In this document: in pieces, positions 39,301-48,034 of the stretch
How positions within the stretch are numbered: position 1 is the first letter of the stretch
How the letters are laid out: each line of letters begins with the position of its first letter
DNA from: Acidilobaceae archaeon
GTDB taxonomy: Archaea > Thermoproteota > Thermoprotei_A > Sulfolobales > Acidilobaceae
DNA length: 64,000 nt
Assembly (NCBI GenBank): GCA_027046245.1
Contig: JALTZJ010000028.1
Location: forward strand, 1,066 to 65,065
Direction: 5' to 3'
Program-made: the position numbers and the translations under genes
The notes under the pieces: model-generated
Told to the model about the DNA's origin: nothing
Seen by the model: only the letters and a program-made list of their open reading frames with translations
The model's database searches: none

Positions 39301-40160
39301 TAGGCCCGAGAGCCTTCGAGAGCGTCGAGAAGAAGGCGGGCGTGCCGCTCAAGGACCTGGCGAAGAACAAGGAGTGGTACAGGTTCGAGGACCTAGTAGG
39401 CCAGCCCAGGAGATCGCACACGAGCCCCATGTGGAGCGGCATCGAGGACCACGACAGGCCCTACACGGCCTTCGCTCAGAACGTGGAGAAGCTAGTACCC
39501 TGGAGAACCCTCACAGGCAGGCAGCACTTCTACGTCGACCATGACTGGTTCATAGCCCTGGGAGAGATGCTGCCGACCTTCAAGCCGCCGCTAGACCCAG
39601 TGAAGCTGGGCTACCTGAAGAACGCTGCCAGGAAGCTAGGTATAGATGAGATCAACGGTTACAGGGTAGAGAAGAACGGGAAGCGCTACCTAGTCCTAAG
39701 GTACCTGACGCCCCACGGCAAGTGGAACATACACAGCACTTACTGGGACAACCTGAGGATGTTGACCCTCTTCAGAGGCGGCCAAGTGGTGTGGATCAAC
39801 GACGAGGACGCCAAGTGGGCCGGCATAGAGGACAACGACTGGATAGAGGTAGTAAATGACAACGGAGTAATAGTGGCGAGGGTAGCGACGAGCCCGAGAG
39901 TGCCAAAGGGAGTAGCTATAATGTACCACGCCCAGGAGAGGCACGTCTACGCTAGGAAGAGTAAGCTAACCGGCAAGAAGGGCGGCATCCACAACAGCGT
40001 GACCAGGGTAGACTTCAAGCCCAACTTCATGGTGGGAGGCTACGCCCAGCTAAGCTACTTCTTCAACTACTACGGCCCCACCGGCGTCAACAGAGACACC
40101 ATGGTAATAGTCTACCTGCACGATAAGCTCGGCACCAAACTACAACAGGAGACCAAGTAG
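36303..40160 (+). CDS. narG: respiratory nitrate reductase alpha subunit, Tat-exported (pNar)
   Basis: RRDFLK Tat signal, HGVNCTGSC FS0 motif, YEPRGCPRG, DWYADLP Mo-Asp ligand. Confidence 0.97.
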   Translation: MSTQKVEKAPGNGGGKLELKRRDFLKLLAAAGLLSSLGPAAAAMSNARFLREITTPRLNYPQGARGWEDFYRNMWSYDKVARSTHGVNCTGSCSWMVYVKDGIIAYELQATDYPDIGPSVPNYEPRGCPRGASFSWYIYSPIRVKYPYIRKPLLELWQEAKQRYGDPVEAWASIVEDPAKRDRYVKARGLGGWVRTDWDTATEIIAAALVYTIKKYGPDRIFGFTPIPAMSPVSYASGARFIELIGGAMGSFYDWYADLPPASPQVWGEQTDVPESADWFNAAYIMNFGTNIPMTRTPDAQFFTQVRYRGTKIVVVSPDFSEHVKFADVWVPIKEGTDGAFALAMNHVILKEFYVERKVDYFIDYVKRFTDLPFLVVLEPYEGGYRPGKFLRLSDLAPEEYAAPGYAEEANPEWKLLVYDEKSGMPRLVNGSIGYRWDGSGKWNLKLEDPVTGDQVDPALTLIDKADEVVLVKFPVFSATFGEKGFTERGVPAIRVKTKEGEVLVATVFDLLLAYMGVDRGLPGDYPKSYDEPKPFTPAWQEDITGVSRELVIRLAREWADTAIKTRGRVMVMLGPGVNHWFHTDLHYRAILMLVKLTGAQGRNGGGWAHYVGQEKIRTIAGWAKVAFALDWVAPPRHQNSPSFYYVHTDQWRYDKLSTEWFEAPWRDVREKMKCSHPMDCNIKAARLGWLPFYPQWNRNPIELAAEARRQGKDPIEYVVELLKKGELKLAIEDPDAPENWVRVMFVWRANILGSSSKGHEYFLKHFVGSPMTQVMSEEIPHELVKEVVWREAPEGKLDLLVAIDFRMATTPIYADIVLPAATWYEKYDLSMTDLHSFLHPFTPAVDPLWESKTDWDTFKEIAKKFSEIAARHFAEPVEDIVARALWHDSPMEIAQPYGVEKDWRHGETEPIPGKTMWDLKVVKRDYKNVYHMYISLGPGAKKAGAKGVLYDTSDVYEELKKINGVVYWEKCPDGCPSLEKDKYAAEAILALSPEANGKLGPRAFESVEKKAGVPLKDLAKNKEWYRFEDLVGQPRRSHTSPMWSGIEDHDRPYTAFAQNVEKLVPWRTLTGRQHFYVDHDWFIALGEMLPTFKPPLDPVKLGYLKNAARKLGIDEINGYRVEKNGKRYLVLRYLTPHGKWNIHSTYWDNLRMLTLFRGGQVVWINDEDAKWAGIEDNDWIEVVNDNGVIVARVATSPRVPKGVAIMYHAQERHVYARKSKLTGKKGGIHNSVTRVDFKPNFMVGGYAQLSYFFNYYGPTGVNRDTMVIVYLHDKLGTKLQQETK

Positions 40161-40339
40161 AGGGCCCAGAGAGGTGGACTGCCCTCTTGACCGCCCCCTT
40201 CCCAGCTTACGATTCTTTTACGTCCAGCCCCCGGGGAGGGCTGGGATCGCGAGCCCCTCTCCCCGCCCGGGAGAAGGGGCGTCCCCAGGGTATGCGTGTG
40301 GGTAGAAGGGTGAGTAGTGTAGGGTGACGGGGTGTATTC

Positions 40340-41758
40340 GTGATGGTTAGAGCCCAGATATCAATGGTGATGGTGCTCGACAAGTGTATAGGCTGCCACA
40401 CGTGCAGCCTGACGTGTAAGCATGTCTGGACCAACAGGGAGGGCCAGGAGTATGCATGGTGGAACAACGTAGAGACCAGGCCCGGCGTCGGTTACCCGAG
40501 GAAGTGGGAGGACCAGGAGAGGTACGGCGGAGGCTGGATGCTGAAGGACGGCAAGCTCAGGCTCAGGATAGAGCTGAAGAAGTACAAGCCGCCAAGCAAG
40601 GAGGACTACTACGAGCCCTTCACATACAACTATGAGAACCTATTCACAGACCAGCTCCAGGACCAGCAGCCCAGCGCAGACCCCCTCAGCATGTACAGTA
40701 ACGAGCCTATAGACGTGCAGTGGGGCCCCAACTTCGACGACGACCTGGCAGGCGGCGACCTAACGATCCCCGCTGATCCGAACTGGAAGGGCATGGAGAT
40801 GGCGATGTACAAGGAGTTCAAGAACGTCTTCATGTTCTACCTGCCCAGGATCTGTAACCACTGCCTCAACCCGAGCTGCCTCACTGCTTGCCCGAGGAAG
40901 AGCATATACAAGAGGCCGGAGGACGGCATAGTGCTCATAGACCAGAACAGGTGCAGGGGTTACAGGCTCTGTGTGCAGGCGTGCCCCTACAAGAAGGTGT
41001 ACTATAACTGGAAGACTGGGAGGAGCGAGAAGTGTATCCTCTGCTTCCCGAGGATCGAGCAGGGCCAGCCCCCAGTCTGTGCCCTGACCTGTGTAGGCAA
41101 GATACGCTACGTAGGCGTAGTGCTCTACGATGAGGAGAGAGTGTTGGAGGCTGCTAAGGCCCCCGAGCAGGAGCTAGTGAGGGCCCAGAGGGACATCATA
41201 CTGGATCCCTTCGACCCCGAGGTCATAAGGCGGGCTAAGGAGGACGGCGTGCCCGAGAACTTCATAAAGGCCGCCCAGGAGAGCCCGGTGTACTACATGT
41301 TCAAGAAGTGGGAGATCGCGCTGCCGCTGCACCCAGAGTTCCGCACTCTGCCGATGGTGTTCTACGTGCCACCGTTGAACCCGGTGATAACCGTGCTCGA
41401 CAGGAGGGGCAAGTACAGTGCTGACTACGAGGGCGTCATACCGACGATAGACAAGCTGAGGATACCGATAAGATACCTGGCAAACATGTTCGCAGCGGGC
41501 AACGAGGACGAGGTCAGGAAGTCCCTGAAGAGGCTGCTAGCCATCAGAGAGTACTTCAGGCTAATAGAGGTGGAGGGCCAGAGCAAGGCCGAGGCCGCCA
41601 GAGTGCTAGCAAACAACGGCCTCCCACCGGAGGACGTAGAGCTAATGTACAAGTGGCTAGCACACGGCAGGGACCGCTTCGTGATACCCACGGCGAAGAA
41701 GGAGCTGAGGCTGAGGATGCCTAGGAGGAAGAAGCAGGCAGCGGCCGCGGGCGGGTAA
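40340..41758 (+). CDS. narH: nitrate reductase beta subunit
   Basis: CIGCHTC, CNHCLNPSC, CRGYRLC and KCILCFPR Fe-S motifs; LHPEFRTLPM. Confidence 0.97.
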   Translation: MMVRAQISMVMVLDKCIGCHTCSLTCKHVWTNREGQEYAWWNNVETRPGVGYPRKWEDQERYGGGWMLKDGKLRLRIELKKYKPPSKEDYYEPFTYNYENLFTDQLQDQQPSADPLSMYSNEPIDVQWGPNFDDDLAGGDLTIPADPNWKGMEMAMYKEFKNVFMFYLPRICNHCLNPSCLTACPRKSIYKRPEDGIVLIDQNRCRGYRLCVQACPYKKVYYNWKTGRSEKCILCFPRIEQGQPPVCALTCVGKIRYVGVVLYDEERVLEAAKAPEQELVRAQRDIILDPFDPEVIRRAKEDGVPENFIKAAQESPVYYMFKKWEIALPLHPEFRTLPMVFYVPPLNPVITVLDRRGKYSADYEGVIPTIDKLRIPIRYLANMFAAGNEDEVRKSLKRLLAIREYFRLIEVEGQSKAEAARVLANNGLPPEDVELMYKWLAHGRDRFVIPTAKKELRLRMPRRKKQAAAAGG

Positions 41759-41783
41759 AGGAGCCCTGAGTAGGGGGTGAGCG

Positions 41784-42776
41784 GTGATGGCGGGTAGAAG
41801 GGCTCCCCTACTATTGGCGGCCCTCCTGGCCCTAGCGGCCCTGGTAATGGCCTACACGGGCCAGGTACTAGTGTCGGCGCAGGTCGCGGACATAACAGCA
41901 GTGTACGTGGACCAGGTGCCGCTAGACCCCAAGGCCGACTTCTGGGCCCAGGCGGAGAAGACTGAGATACCCCTGGTAGCACAGAACATGGTATATCCGA
42001 TGACGGGTGATGTAGACCAGAGAGTGGTCAAGGTTGCAGCGGCAGTCGACGCCAGCGGGACACTAGCATTCTACCTAGAGTGGAGCGACCCCACCATGGA
42101 CGTGCCAGTAGCGGGAGGCCTAGACGTGTACCCCGACAAGGTGGCAATGCAGTTCCCAGTAAACCAGGGCGCCATGCCCTACATATGTATGGGCACCCAG
42201 GAAGAGCCAGTAAGCATAGTGCTATGGAGCGCCCCCAGCATGGTAGAGACCCTCGTAGCTGGCAGCGCCTACGGCATGCAGCCCGAGGAGAGGGAAGCCC
42301 TAGGCCTCCACAGCGTGACAACCAGCCCGATAGAGAGGCTCCCGCCAGAGTACCAGGTGTGGAAGGGCAACGCCGTCTACGAGGACGGCAAGTGGAAGGT
42401 AGTACTCTACAGGCCCCTCGCAGCCCACACACCCATGGTGCCGGACTTCACCTACGGTGCAAAGACCAGCGTGGCATTCGCCCTATGGCAGGGCAGCAAC
42501 CACGAGACCGGCGGCATGAAGACCACTAGCGCCTGGTTCACAATGCAGATAGGAGAGCCGCTACAGCTAGCAGCGCCGGGCGAGGCGCAGCAGCCTGCGG
42601 CAGGAGAAGCCGGCACGGTAACAGTAACCGAGACCCAGGTGACAACCACTACGACCACGACCACGGTAACCCAGGGAGGCCTAGCCAACCTAATAATAGG
42701 CCTCTTCGTGGGAGCAGCAGTAGCGACGGTGGCGGCAGCAGCATACTTCTGGATAGTGAAGGCCGCCAGAAAGTAA
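41784..42776 (+). CDS. heme-b (EbdC/DOMON-like) gamma subunit with signal peptide, Thr-rich linker and C-terminal TM anchor
   Basis: LEWSDPT, DKVAMQFP, ICMG, AFALWQG..E..GMK (candidate Met/Lys heme ligands); position after narH. Confidence 0.8.
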   Translation: MMAGRRAPLLLAALLALAALVMAYTGQVLVSAQVADITAVYVDQVPLDPKADFWAQAEKTEIPLVAQNMVYPMTGDVDQRVVKVAAAVDASGTLAFYLEWSDPTMDVPVAGGLDVYPDKVAMQFPVNQGAMPYICMGTQEEPVSIVLWSAPSMVETLVAGSAYGMQPEEREALGLHSVTTSPIERLPPEYQVWKGNAVYEDGKWKVVLYRPLAAHTPMVPDFTYGAKTSVAFALWQGSNHETGGMKTTSAWFTMQIGEPLQLAAPGEAQQPAAGEAGTVTVTETQVTTTTTTTTVTQGGLANLIIGLFVGAAVATVAAAAYFWIVKAARK

Positions 42777-42825
42777 AGGGAGAGAAAGAACATTTACGCC
42801 ATGCCCCTCGGGGGATCTCCTCCCC

Positions 42826-42842
42826 TATTTTCTTTCTTTTAA
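42826..42842 (+). terminator. oligo-T terminator after narGH-gamma
   Basis: ATTTTTCTTTCTTTT T-rich tract about 50 nt after the stop. Confidence 0.5.
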
Positions 42843-42997
42843 TCTCCGATACCCGCTTGGATCCCGGCGGTGCAAGAAGGGATTATTCCGGCCTGTAGGC
42901 GAGGTTCTCAACTTATTCTTTTCCATCTGTGAAGCGCTGAGCCCCGGCTATTCCGATCGATTTTTATGTTGTGAATAGGGGTTGAACGTATAAGAGG

Positions 42998-43825
42998 GTG
43001 CCTCTAGCTGTGCCGCCGTCCAGCTCCTACCTGGATAGGATGAAGCCCCTCGCGGCGGAGTGGCTACGGATAGCTGTGCCGTTAATAGCGGTTCTATACC
43101 TTGTCGAGCTGATAACTAACAGGATCATATTCAGAGTAGTCATATTCATTCCCCCGGGCCCCGTGCAGGACGCGTTCGGAAGCATCATAGCGTTCATAGG
43201 CACGGTGAGCATAAACCTTCTAACCCTAGCCTCGCTCGCCATGCTTGTCGCTGCTATACCCTTGATGGGCCGCTGGGCCTACATCCCCGCTCTAATAATA
43301 CTCGCTTACTTCCTTGATCTAGCCGGCCTCGTTAAGGCGGCATGGATCCTCCCCCTGTTAGCGGCTTACCTCCTACTAGTCTCCCCTTGGAGGATAACAG
43401 AGTCCCTAGCCCTGACCGCCATGACCGTGAATAGCTTCGTGGTTAGCCCGGCTCTGGCGTGGCTAGCCAACCTGCTATGGCTAGCAGCGCCCCTGGGCCC
43501 CCTAGCGGCCAGGCTCAAGGGCTCGCTACCGGCCAGGCCCGGAAAGAAGCTGTGGATAACAGCGGTGGTATTCACCGCTCTATCACTCCTCATGGTTGTC
43601 CACAACAGCTACATTGCCGGCCAGATACTCGTGTTCGCCATGGGCCTCCTATCCCCCTGGCTCCTGCCCCCTGCTATACCGCTCTACGCTGCGACCGGCA
43701 GCCTGGGCAGCCTAGGCCTCCTTATGACGGGCCCTGGACTCCAGCTGTCCATGCAGATACTAGTATTGGCGTCCCTCTACATAGGAGAAGCCCTGCTGCA
43801 AGCCGGAGGCGTGCGGGCGGGCTGA
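42998..43825 (+). CDS. hypothetical polytopic membrane protein in the nar cluster
   Basis: about 8-9 hydrophobic segments; no recognised motif. Confidence 0.7.
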   Translation: MPLAVPPSSSYLDRMKPLAAEWLRIAVPLIAVLYLVELITNRIIFRVVIFIPPGPVQDAFGSIIAFIGTVSINLLTLASLAMLVAAIPLMGRWAYIPALIILAYFLDLAGLVKAAWILPLLAAYLLLVSPWRITESLALTAMTVNSFVVSPALAWLANLLWLAAPLGPLAARLKGSLPARPGKKLWITAVVFTALSLLMVVHNSYIAGQILVFAMGLLSPWLLPPAIPLYAATGSLGSLGLLMTGPGLQLSMQILVLASLYIGEALLQAGGVRAG

Positions 43826-43936
43826 AGCGGTGTAGCAGTAATAGCCTGAACTGCATGTGCAAATCCTAACCGTAGCCCTGCAAGGTATTCTAGCGCGGGG
43901 CCCGAAGAGTATTAGGGTGGGGGTGTACCCGGAGCC

Positions 43937-44467
43937 TTGAGGTTCACCCTGAAAACCCTTAGCATAATATTCGACTATCCTAGAGAGGAATTCGCTAACC
44001 TGGTAGAGGCCAAAGACGCCGTCTATAGTCTACTTAGGGGCGAGGACCCTGAGGCGGCCGAGCTGATAAAGGAGTTCCTCGAGAAGATAAACCCTAAGGA
44101 TGCCGAGGAGAGCTACGTCTCAGTATTCGAGGTCCCCCCTAAATGCAGCCTCTACTCCCACAGCTACACTCTAAAAGGCAAGGAAGACATGGTGGGGCAG
44201 TACCTGCTAGAAATCAAGGCCCAGTACAAGGTTAAGGGCTTCGACGTGCCAGTGGAGAAGGAGATACCAACCTTCCTCCCAGTAATGCTGGAGTACCTCT
44301 CACTAGTCTACGACGAAGATCCAGGAGCGGCGAAGCGATTCGCGAAGCGCTACCTAAAACCCTGGGTAGGCGAGTTAGCGGCGTGCCTAGAGAAGAACAA
44401 TAGCCCCTGGGCGCTCCCAGCCAAGGCTCTTGTCAAGGTCGTGGATAAGCTGGCAGGAGGCGCCTAG
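43937..44467 (+). CDS. narJ: nitrate reductase molybdenum cofactor chaperone
   Basis: IFDYP, YVSVFE..CSLY, EIPTFLPVMLEYL (NarJ/TorD-like). Confidence 0.85.
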   Translation: MRFTLKTLSIIFDYPREEFANLVEAKDAVYSLLRGEDPEAAELIKEFLEKINPKDAEESYVSVFEVPPKCSLYSHSYTLKGKEDMVGQYLLEIKAQYKVKGFDVPVEKEIPTFLPVMLEYLSLVYDEDPGAAKRFAKRYLKPWVGELAACLEKNNSPWALPAKALVKVVDKLAGGA

Positions 44468-45531
44468 TAGAACTCAGCTACATCCTTATTCAGCTTCTCG
44501 AACTCGCTCCACACATCCTCCCCGCTACTACTAGCCTCGTCACCCACAGGATCCTCCACGCCCTGGAGGCCGGCTACGAAGGCTGGCAGACCCCGCTCTA
44601 GGCCATCCCTGAAGCCGAGCTCTAGCACCGCCACGGTGGCCCACCTGGATAGCAGGCGGCCGAGCCCGTGGAAGCTCCTCGAGGTGAGCCTAGTTAGGGT
44701 AAGAGGGCTGTCGCCCTTGTAGAGGCCGAAGCCCGCGCTCACGACAACGTAGTCAGGCGAGGCCTCCTCAAGCAAACCAGCGACACCCTCTATCACTGCC
44801 TCCATTACGTCGTCGCCGGCTCCCTCAGGCAAGTTGATATTGAGCACGCCGGCTTCGGCCCCCTCACCCGGAGAGCCTGTCCAGGGGAAAGTCTTCCTAT
44901 AATCCTGGTGTACATCAATCATGAAGACGTTGCCTGGTCTAAGAGCCTGGAGCACCTCCTGGCTACCATTACCATGGTGCAAGTCAAAGTCGACAATAGC
45001 GACGGAGCCGTGCCTAGATAGATCAACGGCCACGGCAGCAGCAGTATTAACCAGGCAGCCCCCAAGACTAGGAGCCCCAAGCCCGGGGCCATTAACACCA
45101 ACATGATGACCAGGAGGCCTACCAAGAATAAAGACGCGCTGGGCAGCCCCCCCAGAAACTAGCTCCACAGAAAGAAGAGCCGAGCCAGCAAGAGCCTCAA
45201 GAGCCCCCTGAGTCCCAGGACTAACATAAGTATCACTATCAATAAAATAACTATCAAGAGCAACCTCGAGCTCCGACAACAACCCCTGAATATACAAGGG
45301 ATCATGAACCCTCTCAAAATACCTAATACTCTGCTGCCCCGGCTTCTCCCGCCGCCAACCCCCAGCAACGCCGAAAGACTCCAACGCTCTCAAAGCCCTA
45401 CGAAGCCTACCAGGCTCCTCCAAATGCCCACTCTTCCTAGGAGGCACATGAGCATGAAACCACTCACTAACAACAAGCACACCACCAGACACAGACCACA
45501 CCCCAAGCCCTCCAAGAAAACACGACACCAC
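44464..45531 (-). CDS. histone deacetylase family protein with substituted catalytic residues
   Basis: HLEEPGRL, DSDTY, RPPGHH, DFDLHHGNG present; SAGFG and ELGF replace SAGFD and EGGY. Confidence 0.85.
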   Translation of the reverse strand: MVSCFLGGLGVWSVSGGVLVVSEWFHAHVPPRKSGHLEEPGRLRRALRALESFGVAGGWRREKPGQQSIRYFERVHDPLYIQGLLSELEVALDSYFIDSDTYVSPGTQGALEALAGSALLSVELVSGGAAQRVFILGRPPGHHVGVNGPGLGAPSLGGCLVNTAAAVAVDLSRHGSVAIVDFDLHHGNGSQEVLQALRPGNVFMIDVHQDYRKTFPWTGSPGEGAEAGVLNINLPEGAGDDVMEAVIEGVAGLLEEASPDYVVVSAGFGLYKGDSPLTLTRLTSRSFHGLGRLLSRWATVAVLELGFRDGLERGLPAFVAGLQGVEDPVGDEASSSGEDVWSEFEKLNKDVAEFY

Positions 45532-45737
45532 TAATACAATAACTCCCCTCTAACACCAAGCGGCAACCAGCAAACACCCAAAACCAGATATATCTATACA
45601 TGTGAATAGTGTTTTGTATCATGGTTTGGCTCATCTTGCTCCGGGTTCCTGCATAGCCCTTAAAAGGCTAGACCAGCCTACGGGATAACCAGGAAATCAA
45701 CGACAACCAAGCGGACAAACAAAAAGAACACCACAAT

Positions 45738-45947
45738 GTGGCTGAGCCCGTCGCCCCACACGGCCTTGGGAAGCCCGAGCGGGTGGCTAAGCTGTATAGG
45801 AAGAGGATCGCCCCGAGCGGCAGGGTCTACGTGCATAAGCTTGGCTACGACGCCTACAGGCTGGACGCCATCCCGCCCGACGTCCGGAGGGAGTACGAGG
45901 AGAAGAGGAGGGCCGCTATGCAGCCCCTACTAGAAGGATTAGAATAG
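45738..45947 (+). CDS. small hypothetical protein or gene fragment
   Basis: purine-rich, host-like codons; no motif recognised. Confidence 0.35.
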   Translation: MAEPVAPHGLGKPERVAKLYRKRIAPSGRVYVHKLGYDAYRLDAIPPDVRREYEEKRRAAMQPLLEGLE

Positions 45948-45967
45948 GCGTGGCTGGGCGGGGAGGG

Positions 45968-46144
45968 CTAGGAGCGGGCTAGCCTGCGCAGCTCTCTTAG
46001 GGCCTCCTCGTAGCTCAGCTTCCCATCTATGTACATGTCTAGTATCAAGTCGGCCTCGCGGAGCCTGTTCTCCGGGAGCTTCACTACGGCTTCTATTAGG
46101 GGCTTGAGGGATTCCCTAATCCGGGCTACCTCTGGGTGGGGCAC
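45968..46144 (-). CDS. 58-aa helical protein, copy 2 (putative antitoxin); not in the ORF track
   Basis: GGAGGAG RBS, GTG start, MPHPEVARIRESLKPLIEAVVKLPENRLREADLILDMYIDGKLSYEEALRELRRLARS; paralogue of 46390..46578. Confidence 0.75.
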   Translation of the reverse strand: MPHPEVARIRESLKPLIEAVVKLPENRLREADLILDMYIDGKLSYEEALRELRRLARS

Positions 46145-46393
46145 GTCTCCTCCCGCTCCTACGATCGAGGATGAACTCGTTTAAACGTAAGACCTTGACC
46201 TTTTAAATGACGCCTTGTCGCTCGTAACGAAGTATATGACGCCTACGCCCTTGCGTAGGAGCATCTGCATGGATTTTCTGCGTAAGTCCTCCGGACCGCC
46301 AGAGGTGAACACGAATATGAGGGTTGACAAGAATAGGGCGCCCAGCCACGCCGCGGGGTATAGCCGCTCGGGGTAGCTTAATAAGGCCTTCAC
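46119..46393 (-). pseudogene. degraded PIN-fold gene, copy 2
   Basis: YFVTSDK, then after a frameshift near 46183 LDRRSGRRRAPPRG, matching FVTSD...INHRTGEERAPQG of the intact PIN gene. Confidence 0.6.
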
Positions 46394-46578
46394 CTTCCGG
46401 GCCTGCCGTCTCTCAGGGCCCTTAGCCTCCTGAGGGCCTCCTCCCTTGGTATCCTGCCTTTATAGTAGAGTTGCAGTATCCTGGCGGCTCTGCGCTGGTC
46501 CCTGGCCTCTAGGGCGGCCTCCAGCAGCTCTCCCAGCCTCTCCCTCATGAGCCTAACCTTGGGGTGCACGCTCCTCAC
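46390..46578 (-). CDS. about 60-aa helical protein, copy 1 (putative antitoxin)
   Basis: HPKVRLMRERL..ILQLYYKGRIPREEALRRLR; overlaps the 3' end of the PIN gene. Confidence 0.75.
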   Translation of the reverse strand: MRSVHPKVRLMRERLGELLEAALEARDQRRAARILQLYYKGRIPREEALRRLRALRDGRPGR

Positions 46579-47026
46579 CCGTCCTATGGTTTATACAGTA
46601 TAGCCCCATTCTTAAGGCTCTATTGCAGGATTGGGCGTCGCTGGTAACGAAAGTGTCTATTCTCGGGGTGCTGAGGGCGGCTAGTATGTGAGCGTAGTCT
46701 AGTATGGTGTTCCAGCTCGACCCGCGCGGCGCAACCTCCCTGGCAGCCCTGGCGGCCCTAATTATGGGGACCCTAACTATGGCTATGCCGTGATCGGCAG
46801 CTAGCCTCCTAGCGAGCCAGGCCTGCCCGACCTCCCGGTACTCCCATAGGATTATGCTGCTCGTGCACAGCCCTCTCCTCGCCCTCGCGAACCCCAAGGC
46901 CCCGGGGACCCCCTCTTCAAGGTCCACGAAGAAGTTAGTGTTGACGTAGTACCGGCACCTAACGCCCCGGGGAGCCCGCACAGGCAGCCTCGGCAGGCGA
47001 CGAGCCCTGCTAGACACCAGCAGCAC
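46553..47026 (-). CDS. PIN-domain (VapC-like) protein
   Basis: YVNTNFF, TSSIILWEY, ILDYAHILAA, FVTSD; first catalytic Asp replaced by Asn. Confidence 0.75.
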   Translation of the reverse strand: MLLVSSRARRLPRLPVRAPRGVRCRYYVNTNFFVDLEEGVPGALGFARARRGLCTSSIILWEYREVGQAWLARRLAADHGIAIVRVPIIRAARAAREVAPRGSSWNTILDYAHILAALSTPRIDTFVTSDAQSCNRALRMGLYCINHRTGEERAPQG

Positions 47027-47222
47027 CCCTCAGTAGCAGGCCAAGGTTGCTCCAGCCCGCAGCCCAGGGCCCCAAGGATGCGGCCACAACGGCCCATTCG
47101 CTGGGGAGCCTAGTCCTAAGCAGCCTGTAGAGGCCCAGGCTAGCGCTCTCCCGATGGTGAATTATCTGAACTCCTCCATGGGGTACACGCACGCGTCTAT
47201 GCTTCTCTACACCGAGAAACAT
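47010..47222 (-). CDS. small hypothetical ORF upstream of the PIN gene
   Basis: ATG downstream of an AT-rich promoter-like tract at about 47270; overlaps the PIN start. Confidence 0.3.
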   Translation of the reverse strand: MFLGVEKHRRVRVPHGGVQIIHHRESASLGLYRLLRTRLPSEWAVVAASLGPWAAGWSNLGLLLRGAAGV

Positions 47223-47339
47223 GGAGAACTACACAACGGAGACCGTGGAGGCCCGCACCTCCAGGCAGTAAATTTATTTAATAACGCTGGCAAATAAGAA
47301 GAACGCTAACGCTATATAACTATCGGGGTAAGCTTGGGC

Positions 47340-47519
47340 TTGACAAAGCCCGAGAGGGTTGTCGTGGCGAAGAGCTGAAACGAGCTACCGGAGGTTCTAG
47401 AGCCTGACAAGTACAAGATCATGGGGTCACTATACAGGTGGAGGAGTCCACGGAAAAGGAGGAAATCATGATGTTCGTTAGAGGAGTGAAAAAAACTAGC
47501 AGACGAGGCGTATGACTAA
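47340..47519 (+). pseudogene. disrupted small acidic protein gene
   Basis: reconstructs to MTKPERVVVAKS*NELPEVLEPDKYKI/GVTIQVEESTEKEEIMMFVRGVKK/LADEAYD (one stop, two frameshifts). Confidence 0.5.
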
Positions 47520-47642
47520 GGGACGGCGCAGTGCATGTTATATCATGCACTTAAACCTTTTCTTTCTGAAGTATCCCAGGCTACCTAGATCTTCATACTT
47601 AAAGCACGCTAACCTCCATTGTTATTTTAGGGTATCAGGTTT

Positions 47643-48024
47643 ATGCCTCGGAAGGTGAGTTGGGCAAAGGCTCTTGAGAAAGCTCTGAAGGAGAGGGCTA
47701 AGGAGCTGGATAAGCTTCGGGAGCACGGCTTAATGGCTAAGGCTACTTCCTAAATCCTGCTAGCCCTCTCGGCTCTGTAGACCATCAACAGTCGTCTATG
47801 ATCCTATTCTTGGCTCCACTCTCCGCTGGTAACTCTTTAAGAGCGGTGCCTGCTGTATTCCTAGACTCTGTTGAGGGAGCATAGTTCACGAGGAGCTGCG
47901 CATAAGTAGGATGAGGCTCAGAGACTACAGGGTCCTATTTGAGATCCTAGTGGACAGTTGTCTAGCTGGGAGACTGGTTGTTGAGCATAGGAGCAGGGTC
48001 TACGGGAACCTCAGGCGCCGCTAA
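47643..48024 (+). pseudogene. decayed antitoxin/RelE-like toxin pair
   Basis: MPRKVSWAKALEKALKERAKEL.. (47643-47753), then RelE-like C-terminus RMRLRDYRVLFEI..VVEHRSRVY ending at 48024, with upstream stops. Confidence 0.6.
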
Positions 48025-48034
48025 CGTTAAACTC

